Assembly: GCA_963674695.2 (NCBI GenBank)
Contig: CAXXGI010000001.1
Coordinates: 864,001-928,000 of the forward strand
Direction: 5' to 3'
DNA from: a bacterium
Lineage (GTDB): Bacteria; UBA10199; 2-02-FULL-44-16; JAAZCA01
Length of the DNA: 64,000 nucleotides
Part shown: piece by piece, positions 30,151-40,800 of the stretch
How positions within the stretch are numbered: position 1 is the stretch's first letter
Layout: the number at the start of each line of letters is the position of its first letter
Notes under the pieces: generated by a model
The model's database searches: none
Told to the model about the DNA's origin: nothing
The model's input: only the letters and a program-made list of their open reading frames with translations
Program-made: the position numbers and the translations under genes

Positions 30151-31062
30151 TCATTCGGCACGGCGCTCGATGACGCGAAGGCACGCACTGCGCGATCGCG
30201 GATTCGTCTCCACCTCTTGCGGCGACGCGCGAACCACCCGACGCACGGGAAGCGTATACTCCTCTTCCTGTGCGCGCGCACGAAAGGCCCGCTTCACCAT
30301 CCGGTCTTCGAGCGAATGATAGCTGATCACCACCATCCGCCCGCCGGGACCCAGCCGTTCGGGCGCCACCTGCAGAAACCGTTCGAGCTCCACGAGCTCT
30401 TCGTTCACCGCGATACGCAACGCCTGAAACGTACGCGTCGCCGGATGAATCCGCCCGCGACGAGCCGGCGGCGGCACCGCTCGTTCGATGATGCGCGCCG
30501 CCTCTGCGGTCGTAGCGATCGATCCGGCCGCCTTGAGCGCTCGGGCGATGCGTCGCGAATAGCGTTCTTCCCCGTAGGCGTAGATCAGATTCGCGAGCTC
30601 TTCGTCGTCGAGGCGCGCGATGAGTTCCCGTGCCGTCTCGCCCTCTTCGGGATTCATGCGCATATCCAGCGGCCCCTCCTGCCGAAAACTGAGCCCCCGC
30701 TGCGCCTGGTCGAGCTGAAAACTCGACACCCCCAAATCCGCCAACACGCGATCGACCGCGGTGATCCCTTGATCATCGAGTACGTGACCCAATTCGCTCA
30801 TGCGCGCACGAACGATCGTGACGCGATCGCCCTGCTCCTGCAGACGGCGCGTGGCCGCGGCGATGGCCTCCGGATCTCGATCGATGCCAATGAGCCGTCC
30901 TTCTGGAGCCGTCTCTGCGAGCAAGCGCTCGGCATGTCCTGCCCCGCCGAGCGTGACATCGACGATGATCGAGCCGGGTCCTGGCGCGAGCCATTCCACC
31001 ACCTCCTCCACCATGACCGGCTGATGAAAGAAGGCCGATGCGCCACACGCGTCTACCGTCAC
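30151..31062 (-). CDS. rsmH: 16S rRNA m4C1402 methyltransferase
   Basis: HQPVM, DVTLGGAGH, DLGVSSFQLD, PLDMRM, TFQALRIAVN, SYHSLEDR, NPRSRSA. Confidence 0.97.
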   Translation of the reverse strand: MTVDACGASAFFHQPVMVEEVVEWLAPGPGSIIVDVTLGGAGHAERLLAETAPEGRLIGIDRDPEAIAAATRRLQEQGDRVTIVRARMSELGHVLDDQGITAVDRVLADLGVSSFQLDQAQRGLSFRQEGPLDMRMNPEEGETARELIARLDDEELANLIYAYGEERYSRRIARALKAAGSIATTAEAARIIERAVPPPARRGRIHPATRTFQALRIAVNEELVELERFLQVAPERLGPGGRMVVISYHSLEDRMVKRAFRARAQEEEYTLPVRRVVRASPQEVETNPRSRSACLRVIERRAE

Positions 31063-31412
31063 TGTGTTTCCCCTGGAGCCACCTCGCCGAGAAAGCTGAG
31101 CAACGCCTCTTCGAGCGAACCGTAGACCTCTTCGTCGAGCCCCATCGCTTCGAGGATACGTCGGACGTAGCCGTTCGCGGAGGCCATCTTGAGATCGCCG
31201 CCATCACACTGGAACTCGATGATGCGATCGGCGATGCGTTGCACGAGCTGATAGTCGAGGTGTTTGAGATCGGCGAGATTGAGCAGGACGTTGTGCTGAT
31301 CGCATTCGGCCAACGATCGCAGCACATCCTCGAAGACGTGAAAATTCCGTCGGGAGAGTTCCCCATGGACGCCGACGACCGAGACGTCATGTATGCGCTT
31401 CACTTCAAACAT
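31059..31412 (-). CDS. STAS domain (anti-sigma antagonist-like) protein
   Basis: VVGVHGEL, VLLNLADLKHLDY, GGDLKMA...YVRRILEAMGL. Its stop overlaps the rsmH start (GTGA). Confidence 0.85.
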   Translation of the reverse strand: MFEVKRIHDVSVVGVHGELSRRNFHVFEDVLRSLAECDQHNVLLNLADLKHLDYQLVQRIADRIIEFQCDGGDLKMASANGYVRRILEAMGLDEEVYGSLEEALLSFLGEVAPGETQ

Positions 31413-31429
31413 TCCACTCACTCCGATGC

Positions 31430-31568
31430 GGGAAGCAGGAAGCACGAAACACGAAGGAACATCACCGCTCACTTCCTTCATGTGTCATGCTTCCCGCTTC
31501 CAGCCTCCGCTTTCACGCTCTACGCTTCACGAATCACGAGTCACGAGTCACGAGTCACGAGTCACGGA
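31430..31568. repeat. Heptamer tandem-repeat arrays between mraZ and the STAS gene
   Basis: ggaagca ggaagca cgaaaca; ttcacgc tctacgc ttcacga atcacga (gtcacga)x3 gtcacgg. Confidence 0.8.
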
Positions 31569-31570
31569 TC

Positions 31571-32011
31571 TTAAAGTCCCAAATCAGCCAACCGCTGACC
31601 CAACCCATCGAGCCGCTGCTGCGCGGAGGCAAAGACCATCTCCCAGCGCTCGCGCGACCAGATTTCAAAACGTTTGGTCATCCCGACGATGACCACATCG
31701 CGACTCATCCCCGCATACTCGCGCAGCGTCGGCGGGATGAGGATGCGCCCCTGCCGATCGACGGGGGCCTCGATCGCCGCTGAGATGAAGACGCGCTGGA
31801 GGGCCTTGACCTCCTCCATGAACTGCGGAAGCTCGCCCACCTTGCGCTCCAGCTCCTGCCACTCCGGGACCGGATAGGCCCAGAGGCACTGGTCGAAATT
31901 GGTGACGATGAGACGCTCATCGAAATTCGAGGAGAGGATCTCCCGAAACCGCGAGGGAACGGAGAGCCGCCCCTTCTGGTCGATTTGATGATTGTACCGC
32001 CCACGAAACAT
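31571..32011 (-). CDS. mraZ: dcw cluster transcriptional regulator MraZ
   Basis: MFRGRY...IDQKGRLSVPSRFR, DRQGRILIP, FEIWS. Confidence 0.97.
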   Translation of the reverse strand: MFRGRYNHQIDQKGRLSVPSRFREILSSNFDERLIVTNFDQCLWAYPVPEWQELERKVGELPQFMEEVKALQRVFISAAIEAPVDRQGRILIPPTLREYAGMSRDVVIVGMTKRFEIWSRERWEMVFASAQQRLDGLGQRLADLGL

Positions 32012-32039
32012 ATGGAATTCCGCCTATTTCGACTGTCCG

Positions 32040-32058
32040 TACCACTCCATCCCACTTT
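32040..32058 (-). promoter_or_regulatory. Putative MraZ operator (GTGG direct repeats, 10-nt period)
   Basis: Minus strand reads aaaGTGGgatggaGTGGta about 30 nt upstream of mraZ. This matches the known GTGG/TGGG repeat style of MraZ sites. Confidence 0.6.
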
Positions 32059-32488
32059 ATGGGAGGATAGCGACATTCACCGATGATCGTCAAGCTCTTT
32101 CTCCCTCTAATACCTTGAAAACGTTGGGTTTTTTGGGTTCCGGGTCGTCTTTTGGGGGTTCCTAAAAAGGTCTGCAAATTGAGCTGTTGGAGGGACGTAT
32201 AAAAGTATTTTATTGATAGGCTGTATATCTTATTGATAAATAAGGGTTTATAAAAAATGCAATTTTCAAAGACCATCGGCGCTGCAAAAGACCACACAGT
32301 CGATATCTGCACAGGGAACCGCGTGCAATCCACCGTATGCACTCGATATGGCGGAGATGACTACCATCGAAGCCCCTCCAAATCAACACCTGCCGCGAAT
32401 TTGACCGATTCCCATGGCCGCCGATATCGATCGCGTTCGTTCGATACAATCGACCATCGCAGTCCCATGGATGTGTTAAGATACCGCC

Positions 32489-33277
32489 ATGCTCGCTGAC
32501 CACCGATTGCCACCGCTGACGCTCATCCTGGGACTGTTCGCCCTGGTGACTTTCCTCGAAATTCCAATGGGCATACTCATCGATCGCATCTCGCCGATCC
32601 TCGGGGTCTTCCTCAACGAAACCGTCATCATCGGGCTCCTCCCGATCGCCGGCATCGAACTGGCGGGCTACTCCATCGCCCCGCTGCTTCGCTTCGAGCG
32701 ACCGTCGCGCCGCACGTTACTCGTCGCCCTCTGTATCACGATCGGCGCCGGAGTCCTGCTGACCTATGGCCAGCGACTCAGCCACGAACTCATCCCCATC
32801 CCCGAATTCATCGTGCGACGTCATCACGACATCGTGCGTGTCGCCTTTTGGGAGGAACTCTACGTCAAACTCGCAATCCTGGGACTGATCGCGCCCGTCT
32901 GCGAAGAGGTTCTCTTCCGAGGATTTTTACAGACATCCCTTGCACGTCACACCACGAAGACCACCGCGATTCTCATCACTGCCGTACTCTTCACGCTGGC
33001 CCACAGCACGACTTTTCAACCACACCTGTATTTGATTCTGGGGCTCATGCTTTCGTGGATCTATGCGATGACAGGATCGCTGCGTATCGTCATCGCCTGT
33101 CACGCCCTGCACAATATCTGGACGCTCATCAACCAGGTTCGCGGATGGCGCCTGCCGCTGATGGATCCGATCGGACGCGTCGATCTCCTGCTCATCGGGA
33201 GCAGCGCAATGATCGTCATCGCCGGAATGCTCTGGCTCTGGCGCAAACAGAAAATGGGAAAAACGGAAAAAACGTAG
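32489..33277 (+). CDS. CPBP (CAAX protease family) intramembrane metalloprotease
   Basis: APVCEEVLFRG, FTLAH, HALHN; multiple TM helices. Confidence 0.9.
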   Translation: MLADHRLPPLTLILGLFALVTFLEIPMGILIDRISPILGVFLNETVIIGLLPIAGIELAGYSIAPLLRFERPSRRTLLVALCITIGAGVLLTYGQRLSHELIPIPEFIVRRHHDIVRVAFWEELYVKLAILGLIAPVCEEVLFRGFLQTSLARHTTKTTAILITAVLFTLAHSTTFQPHLYLILGLMLSWIYAMTGSLRIVIACHALHNIWTLINQVRGWRLPLMDPIGRVDLLLIGSSAMIVIAGMLWLWRKQKMGKTEKT

Positions 33278-33284
33278 GGAAAAT

Positions 33285-34094
33285 TCAGCGCAAAGCCGCC
33301 TGACCCGTGCGCCGCAAACCGATGATGGAAAGAAGGACCGCCGCCGCACCGCAGGTGATCAGCGCCATATCGATTGAACGAAAATCGCCGCGCAGCGGAA
33401 ACGTGATCCCCATGTGGAAGAGCGTGAGCGTCACCGCATTATTGATGACGTGACAGAGGATCGAAGCCGTCAGCGTTCCGGTGATCGCATAGACCCATCC
33501 GAGCAGGATCCCCAGCAGAAAGTAGAGATGTAGATACCAGGGATTTCCGTGCAGCAGCGCGAAGAGCCCGGCGGTGATGAGGATGGCTGGCCACGCACCC
33601 CAACGCGCAGCGATAGAGGTCTGACAAAACCCCCGAAAGAAGATCTCCTCACAGACGCCGGGAACGACGCAGAGCAAAAAGAGTTTCCAGATGAAGATGG
33701 GAGTCGTCGCTGCTGCCATCACCTGCGCATACTGGAGACGCAGATGCTCCGGCAGGGGCGCGATAAATTCGCTCGCTGCGGTGAGATACTCCATGATCGC
33801 ATCCGCTCCGAGCGTGAGCAGCACGACGAACAGGACGATCGAGAGCTTCGGAACGACGATCGGTAGCAGACGATGCCGATCGAAGCGCCTCCACCGGATC
33901 AGCAGGAGCGGAATGCCCGCGACGGCGATGAGTTCGCTGATGAGCACGCCGATGGAGAGATGTCCCTCGCGGATGAGCAGATGCCCGGGCAACTGCGCGA
34001 AGGTCACGAGCGAGACCACCGCGAAGACGAGCGCCACCGAGGGAAAAGACTCCCCAGGTCTCCAAAATGCCCGCAAAAAGTAATGGAGATTCAT
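33285..34094 (-). CDS. CPBP (CAAX protease family) intramembrane metalloprotease
   Basis: PGVCEEIFFRG, FALLH, HVINN; multiple TM helices. Confidence 0.9.
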   Translation of the reverse strand: MNLHYFLRAFWRPGESFPSVALVFAVVSLVTFAQLPGHLLIREGHLSIGVLISELIAVAGIPLLLIRWRRFDRHRLLPIVVPKLSIVLFVVLLTLGADAIMEYLTAASEFIAPLPEHLRLQYAQVMAAATTPIFIWKLFLLCVVPGVCEEIFFRGFCQTSIAARWGAWPAILITAGLFALLHGNPWYLHLYFLLGILLGWVYAITGTLTASILCHVINNAVTLTLFHMGITFPLRGDFRSIDMALITCGAAAVLLSIIGLRRTGQAALR

Positions 34095-34100
34095 CGAGGC

Positions 34101-34129
34101 ACGGTAAGGAGAGAACGCGCCCCTGTCAA
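34101..34129 (-). promoter_or_regulatory. Sigma70-type promoter, probably giving a leaderless transcript
   Basis: TTGACA-N17-TACCGT ends 6 nt before the ATG at 34094; no SD sequence. Confidence 0.5.
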
Positions 34130-34176
34130 GGGATGTGCGCATTTTGCCTTGGCATCGGCGGCCAAAAACCCCTAGT

Positions 34177-35100
34177 ATGATGAACATGCATCTTTCATCC
34201 CCTCTAAAAGCTGGCGATACGATCGGCATCGCCGCACCCGCCAGCCCCTTCGACCGAGCGCGCTTCATGAAGGGCGTGCATGCGCTCGAACGCCTCGGGT
34301 TCAAAACCTTTTATCGCAAGGATATCTTCGACCAGAACCGCTACTTCGCCGGGAGCGATGAGCGTCGCGCGCAGGAACTCATAGAACTCTTCGAACGCCG
34401 TGAGGTCCATGCGATCATGTTCGCGCGCGGCGGCTATGGCAGTCAGCGCATCATCCCGTTGCTCGATGCCGATCGCATCGCCGCGCACCCAAAACCCGTC
34501 GTCGGTTTTTCGGACCTGACCGCACTGCTCGCCTTTCTGCGGCAGCGCTGCAATCTCCCCACCTTCTATGGCCCCGTGGTGACCCAACTGGGAAAAGCAA
34601 AGTCGGCGATCACGGGCGAATCCCTTCAGCGCGCACTCACCACCGACGGCGCGCTCGGGCCGATGCCGATGGGCCAAGCCCGCGTCATCCGCGAGGGCCA
34701 CGCGCAGGGCCCGCTCGTCGGCGGATGCTTGACGCTGATTAACTCGAGCATCGGAACGCCGTACGAGCCGGCCCTCGACGACGCGATCCTCTTCATCGAA
34801 GAGGTGGGAGAGAAGGTCTACGTACTCGACCGGATGCTCACTCAGCTGATCAACAGCAATCGGCTGGGGAGCGTGCGTGGAATCCTGTTCGGCTCGCTCC
34901 TGCCACCACCCGAAGAGAGCTGTGACGTCGAGTCGATGATCCGCGACGTCCTGCGTCACTTCGAAGGCCCCGTCGTCGCGGAATTTCCCGCAGGGCATAT
35001 CGACGCATTCGTCACGCTCCCGCTCGGAATAGAGACCCAGCTGACCGCGCCCGACAGTGCAGAACCCACGCTCGCCTTCACGCAAGGATCGTTCTCATGA
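34177..35100 (+). CDS. ldcA: LD-carboxypeptidase (peptidase S66)
   Basis: ARGGYGS, GFSDLT, GGCL, LFIEEVGE, DRMLTQL, PAGH. Confidence 0.92.
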   Translation: MMNMHLSSPLKAGDTIGIAAPASPFDRARFMKGVHALERLGFKTFYRKDIFDQNRYFAGSDERRAQELIELFERREVHAIMFARGGYGSQRIIPLLDADRIAAHPKPVVGFSDLTALLAFLRQRCNLPTFYGPVVTQLGKAKSAITGESLQRALTTDGALGPMPMGQARVIREGHAQGPLVGGCLTLINSSIGTPYEPALDDAILFIEEVGEKVYVLDRMLTQLINSNRLGSVRGILFGSLLPPPEESCDVESMIRDVLRHFEGPVVAEFPAGHIDAFVTLPLGIETQLTAPDSAEPTLAFTQGSFS

Positions 35101-36254
35101 ACACTCAAATCAAACGCGCCTTTCAGGATGCCCTCGAAGAAGGCGTCTTCCCCTCGGCTGAGGTGCTCGCCGCATGCGGCGACGAGATCCACCTGCACGA
35201 ACACTTCGGCGCCGCACGTCAAGACACCTGCTTCGATATCGCATCGCTGACCAAGTCCGTCTCCAGCGCCACCATCGCGATGACGCTCGTGGCTGAAAAA
35301 CTCCTCAAGCTCGATGACAACGTCTATGATTGGCTCGGCGGAGCGCGTCAGCCGGCACACCGCGCGATGACGATCCGCATGTTGCTCAACCATACCTCGG
35401 GTCTGCCCGCATGGGATCCCTACTATCGAGAGCTGCCGATCTCGCTCATCGGCACCGATGCGGGACGACGCATGATCCTGGACGCCTGTTTTCGCGAAAC
35501 GCCCGTAGCCGAACCGGGGACGAAGACGATCTACAGCGACATCGGCTATATCCTCCTCGGAGAGATCCTCGAACAGGCAGGGGGCGCACCGTTGGAGGCC
35601 CTCTTCGCCCAACACGTCTCCCGTCCGCTCGACCTGACCAACACCTTCTTCATCCGCCAGGTCGGCGCGCCGCTATCGACGACCAGCCGACACACCACGA
35701 CGCATGCCAACCAACACGTCCCTGCCGGCGACACCCTGCGCGGCGCGCGCACGGCAGGCGTGCACCGCCGCTTTGCCCCGACCGAGGACTGTCCCTGGCG
35801 CGAACGCGTCGTCCATGGGGAGGTGCACGACCCGAACGCCTATGCGCTCGGAGGGGTGGCCGGACACGCCGGGCTCTTCTCCACGGCGACGGATCTGCAC
35901 CGATTCGCGCTGGAACTCACGCGCTGCTATCGCGGGGAATCCGACTGGATCGAGCCTGCCGTCGTACGCACCTTTCTCGAGGAGCACACCACCAAACCGA
36001 CACGGGAATCCTTCGTCCTCGGCTGGAACCGGCCATCGAAGCGCAATTCGGCATCGGGCCATCATTTCTCACCGAACACCGTGGGTTTTCTCGGATATAC
36101 CGGCTGCTCGATCTGGATCGATCTCACACGCGACTGCTGGATCATCCTGCTGACCAACCGGGTTCACCCATCGGACACCAACCAGAAGATCAAGATCTTC
36201 CGCCCCATGATCCACGACCTGATCACGTCGACCTGTTTTCCCGAGAACCACTAG
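35097..36254 (+). CDS. Serine hydrolase of the beta-lactamase/class C family
   Basis: FDIASLTK (SxxK), LLNHTSGL, YSDIGY, GEVHDPNA, GVAGHAGLF, LLTNRVHP. ATGA-coupled to ldcA. Confidence 0.9.
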   Translation: MNTQIKRAFQDALEEGVFPSAEVLAACGDEIHLHEHFGAARQDTCFDIASLTKSVSSATIAMTLVAEKLLKLDDNVYDWLGGARQPAHRAMTIRMLLNHTSGLPAWDPYYRELPISLIGTDAGRRMILDACFRETPVAEPGTKTIYSDIGYILLGEILEQAGGAPLEALFAQHVSRPLDLTNTFFIRQVGAPLSTTSRHTTTHANQHVPAGDTLRGARTAGVHRRFAPTEDCPWRERVVHGEVHDPNAYALGGVAGHAGLFSTATDLHRFALELTRCYRGESDWIEPAVVRTFLEEHTTKPTRESFVLGWNRPSKRNSASGHHFSPNTVGFLGYTGCSIWIDLTRDCWIILLTNRVHPSDTNQKIKIFRPMIHDLITSTCFPENH

Positions 36255-36392
36255 GCGCCCGCGTGCATTTCCCTTGCGTTCGGCAGGGGGATCACGTAAA
36301 AAACTCAAGGAGTTCAATCACTTGGAGCGAGACCCGTCGCCCCCTTCGAGCGAGGGGCAGGTGCGCTCATTTCTGATGGAGACGAAGACGCC

Positions 36393-37850
36393 ATGCGCAT
36401 CCACCTTCTCGGCATCGGCGGCACCGGCATGGGGGCGCTCGCGGGACTTTTGATCGAAGCGGGACACACGGTCACCGGAACCGATGGACCGATCTATCCC
36501 CCGATGAGCGATCAGCTCGGGGCGCTGGGCATCATGCCGTTTGTCGGATATGCTGCGGAGAACATCGAGACAGCCCGCCCGGATATGGTCGTCATCGGCA
36601 ACGTCATTCGACGGGACAACCCCGAAGCCCAGGAAGCGATGCGCCGCAACCTCCCCTATCGCTCGATGGCCGATATGCTGGCGGAGCTCTTCCTCGAACA
36701 CCGCATGCCCCTGATCATCACCGGCACGCACGGCAAGACCACCTGCTCCACACTCGCGGCGTGGCTCCTCGATGCCGCTGACCTGGCCCCAGGATTCTTC
36801 ATCGGTGGCGTCGGTCGAAACTTTGACCGCAGCTATGCACAGGGCCGCGGACCCTTCTTCGTCGTGGAGGGGGACGAATACGACACCGCCTTCTTCGACA
36901 AGACGCCCAAGTTTCTCCACTATCGCCCCCAGGCGATCCTCATCACCAGCATCGAATTCGATCACGCCGACATCTACAACGATCTCGATGCGATCATCGA
37001 CGCGTTCGCCCGCCTCATCGCGATCATGCCGCCGGACGGATTGATCGTGGCCAACGCCGAGGACGAGACGGTGATGCGACTCGTTCACAGCGCTCCCTGT
37101 CGCGTGGTGCGCTACGGTCGTGAAGCGCGCGACGCCTATCATCCCAGCGAGGTCAGCGCCGACAGCGAGGGAACGCGGTTCACCCTTCTGCCTCCCCGCG
37201 CAGCTCCGGAAAAGACCACCCCCTTCCTGTTGCCGATGTGGGGCGAGCACAACCTCATGAATGCCACGGGCGTACTCGCACTCCTGCTCGAATCCGGCGT
37301 GGAACCCGATGCCCTCGTTCGAGGACTCGCCGCTTTCGAAGGCGTGCGCCGCCGTCAGGAGATCGTCTCCCAGCAGAAGGGCGTCACCATCGTGGACGAC
37401 TTCGCGCATCATCCGACGGCGGTTGGCAAGACGATCGAGGCGATGCGCCTACGCTTTCCCGGCGCGCGCATCTGGGCGATCTTCGAGCCGCGCTCGAACA
37501 CCTCGCGGCGCAATATTTTTCAGAAAGAATACGAGCGTGCGCTGGGTCTGGCCGATCGCGTGGTCATGGCCAGCCCCTTTCACGCCGACGAACTCGATTC
37601 CGCGGAGCGTTTCGACGCGGATGCGATCGCAGAGACGCTCATGCATCGCGGCATCGATGCCCATCACATCCCCGACGCCGATCATATCACCGAATTCGTC
37701 ATGCGTTCGGTCGACGCGGGAGATGTGATCCTGGTGATGTCCAACGGCGGATTCGACGGGCTCTTACAGAAACTGACCGAAGCCCTGAAGACGCGACGCA
37801 TCGTCGCCGATCACGATGCCATTGCACCGGGGCGCATTCCGAAACGCTGA
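36393..37850 (+). CDS. mpl: UDP-MurNAc:L-Ala-gamma-D-Glu-meso-DAP ligase (murein peptide ligase)
   Basis: GIGGTGMG, YPPMS, EGDEYDTAFFDK, EFDHADIY, DDFAHHPTA, FEPRSNT, MSNGGF. Confidence 0.95.
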   Translation: MRIHLLGIGGTGMGALAGLLIEAGHTVTGTDGPIYPPMSDQLGALGIMPFVGYAAENIETARPDMVVIGNVIRRDNPEAQEAMRRNLPYRSMADMLAELFLEHRMPLIITGTHGKTTCSTLAAWLLDAADLAPGFFIGGVGRNFDRSYAQGRGPFFVVEGDEYDTAFFDKTPKFLHYRPQAILITSIEFDHADIYNDLDAIIDAFARLIAIMPPDGLIVANAEDETVMRLVHSAPCRVVRYGREARDAYHPSEVSADSEGTRFTLLPPRAAPEKTTPFLLPMWGEHNLMNATGVLALLLESGVEPDALVRGLAAFEGVRRRQEIVSQQKGVTIVDDFAHHPTAVGKTIEAMRLRFPGARIWAIFEPRSNTSRRNIFQKEYERALGLADRVVMASPFHADELDSAERFDADAIAETLMHRGIDAHHIPDADHITEFVMRSVDAGDVILVMSNGGFDGLLQKLTEALKTRRIVADHDAIAPGRIPKR

Positions 37851-37884
37851 TCGCGCCACTCCCTCATCGACGAGGCATCAGAGC

Positions 37885-40800
37885 ATGTCCAGATCTCTCC
37901 ATTTTCGTTTCCGCCACCTGGTCGCAGCCATCGCCCTGATCGCCGGGTGCATCAGCGCCACCGCATGGATCATCAATCGACCCGAGGTCCTTCATCACGC
38001 GCTCTCGCTCGTGAACATCCGAAGCGACTGGCGCATCGACGTGCAGCGTTTCACCTGGCACCCGCTCAAACGTGAGATCGTCATCGAAGGAATCGATCTC
38101 GAACATCGGGAAAAGGGAAAGCGTCTGCAGGTCGAACGCATCGATTGGCACTACCGTTTGATGGGCCTGCTCAAGGGAAAACTCGTCTTCGACACCTTCC
38201 TCTTGAAAGACGTCCGCATTGCGCTCCCACCCGATACATCTGCACGCCTGAAAGAACACCGCCGCATCGACCTGACCAAGCTCGTCCTGCTCAAGAACGT
38301 CGAGCTTGATGACGGTCGCATCGACGGGTTCCGTCTCGCCTTCGGCAAGGGGTTCGTGCTGAACACGGATCAGATGCACTTCCAGATGGGCAGCAGTCTC
38401 TTCGGACCGAACACGCTCGCCTTTCGCACCGACGGCGCCATCCTCAGCCGCGAGGACAAATCGATCCTCTCCGCCGGGGCGCTGACCGTCAAAGCATCGA
38501 CGGAGTTTTCCCGCTGGCACGCGGAATTTCCCTACCTCAATGACCTGGGGGGTGAACTTCGCCTGGCCGATGCCAACCTGGAGGGACTCTCGGTCGAAGC
38601 ACTCGAAGCACACGCCTCCTATCGGGATGGAAAGCTCGAACTGACGGAGCTCGCGCTCACATCCGGCGGCAGGACGCTTCAGGGAAAACTCGGCGCCGAT
38701 ACGCAGACGCAGACCTTCGCCCTCAATATCGACATCAGACGACCGATCGCGCTGCCGCACATCGGTCGTCCCCTCCAGACGATCGACACTGCGGGAGACC
38801 TCTCCGGCACCATCCAGCTGAGCGGACAGGGCTTCATCCCCTCGGAGAGCTCCGGCCGAGCCGATGTGCATGTCAGGCATCTCTTTCAGGCCCCGCCGCG
38901 AGCGGGGGTCGACCTCAACGCCGACATCGCCTGGAAGCGCGGCGTCTTTCAGATCGCCCAGGCGCGCGTCTCCTCGGGTGACCATTTTCTCTCGGTCGAT
39001 GGCACGATCGACATCCCAGGGAAGAACCTCCGCCTCACCGCAACAGGAAAATCTTTTCCGATCGAACTGGTCTTCAACACCTTCCGCAACCCCTACTTGA
39101 GTCGCATCTTCGGCCAGACCGATGTCGAAGGAACCTTCACGGGATGGGGCAAAAAATTCGAAGCCCATGTCAAAGGAACGACCTACGAGGGGGGATGGGA
39201 CCCGATCGTCGCCGATCGGGTCGAGACGGAACTCACGGCCACCTATGACGATCTGAAACTTACGGGAACGATCTTCTATGACGATGCCCCCTCGGGCGGC
39301 GCGGATCTCTCGATTCACTTCGGACCGAAGGTGGGGGATGCGGTGCGGAGCAAGCGGGTCGATCTCGATGCCCGCATCGCCGACGTCCCGCTCGACGATG
39401 CACTTGCCGCCTATGGGCTCACCGGAACAGGGAATGGAAGCATCACGCTCAAGGGGCCGATCACCGCCTTCGCTGGAGAGGTGGGCGCCACGATCGTCGA
39501 CGGGAGCTGGCACGGCCTCCCCTTCGAACGCGTCGGCGCGACGCTCGAGCTCTCGCGCCACAACCTCACCTTTCGCGAGCTGGCGCTCAAGCTTCCGGGT
39601 ATGCCCGCGACACAGCCGGAGAGTTTCGTCGCGGATCTCAGCCCCGGAAAGTTGCGTCTGCACGGAACACCGCTGCCGGGGTTCACGATCGATGCCGCTT
39701 ATCTCTACGCACCCAAGCGCTGGACGATTGCGGAATTGAGCTGGGACGATCCGGACCACCCCGGTCAGCAACTCGAAGCCGAGGGGACGCTCGTCAGCGA
39801 CGGCCCGATCAACCTGAAGATCGACGGGCAGATCGGTCTCAATCGCCTCATCCTCGTGCCCATGCTCGCGCGCGGAGGCGAGGGGGCCACGACGGTCGAT
39901 TTGCGCATCAGCGGCACGACGCACGACCCCAAGGCCTTCGGCAGTCTCACCTTCAATCGCAACCGTCTTGCCATCCGTCCGATTCGAACGATCCTTGAGG
40001 ATCTCTCGGGGACCATCCGCTTCGAGGGATCTCGCATCCGCTTCGAGGAATTTACCGCTTCATCGCGCGAAGGAAAACTCGAACTCACCGGAACCCTGGA
40101 TCACCATCATCTGCGTCCGAGTGCCGCCGACCTTGCGCTCACCGGAAAGGGGATGAGCGTTCGCTCGCGCGATCGTCTGCTGCGCGTCGAGTTCGATGGC
40201 AACCTCGCCCTGAAGGGGGCATTTCCGAGCCCCTTGCTCTCCGGATCGGTCAACATCATCGACGGCCGATACAAACGTAACTTCGCCATCCTGGATTCGA
40301 TCACCGGCGGCACGAAGCCCATCGCCCCGACGGCCCTCACCGAGGAGATGGCCTGGTTCAATCCGCGCCTCGACCTGCACCTGCAGACCGCGGGCGACTT
40401 CTCCATCCGCAACAACATCGGCGACATCTATCTGAGCGCCAACGTCGAGGCGAAGGGAACGCGGAATGAACCGCGCGTTTCGGGATCGATCGAAACGCCC
40501 TATGGGAAAATTCACTACTTAGGACTCAACTTCGAGGTCACCAAAGGGTTCATCGAATTTCGCGAACACTATCGCAAACCCTATCTGGAGGTACACGCCG
40601 AGCGAGAGATCGGCACCTACAACGTCTCCATGACGCTCTATGGCCAAACCGACAATCTCCAGCTCGATCTCTCGGCCACATCCCCCTCGGGGCCCTTGGA
40701 AAAACGCGACGTCGTCTCGCTCATCATGTTCGGGCAGACACAGCAGGACAAAGCCGCATCAGCGACATCGCGCGCCGGCGGGCGAATGGCCACTTCGATG

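Noticed and set aside
32100-32480. AT-rich region as a replication origin
   Set aside because: No DnaA-box cluster was seen. It is explained as the divergent mraZ/CPBP promoter region, and the two tattgata repeats only weakly resemble IHF sites.
35097-36254. Antibiotic-resistance beta-lactamase
   Set aside because: There is no signal peptide and the gene sits between ldcA and mpl, so a housekeeping hydrolase is more likely.
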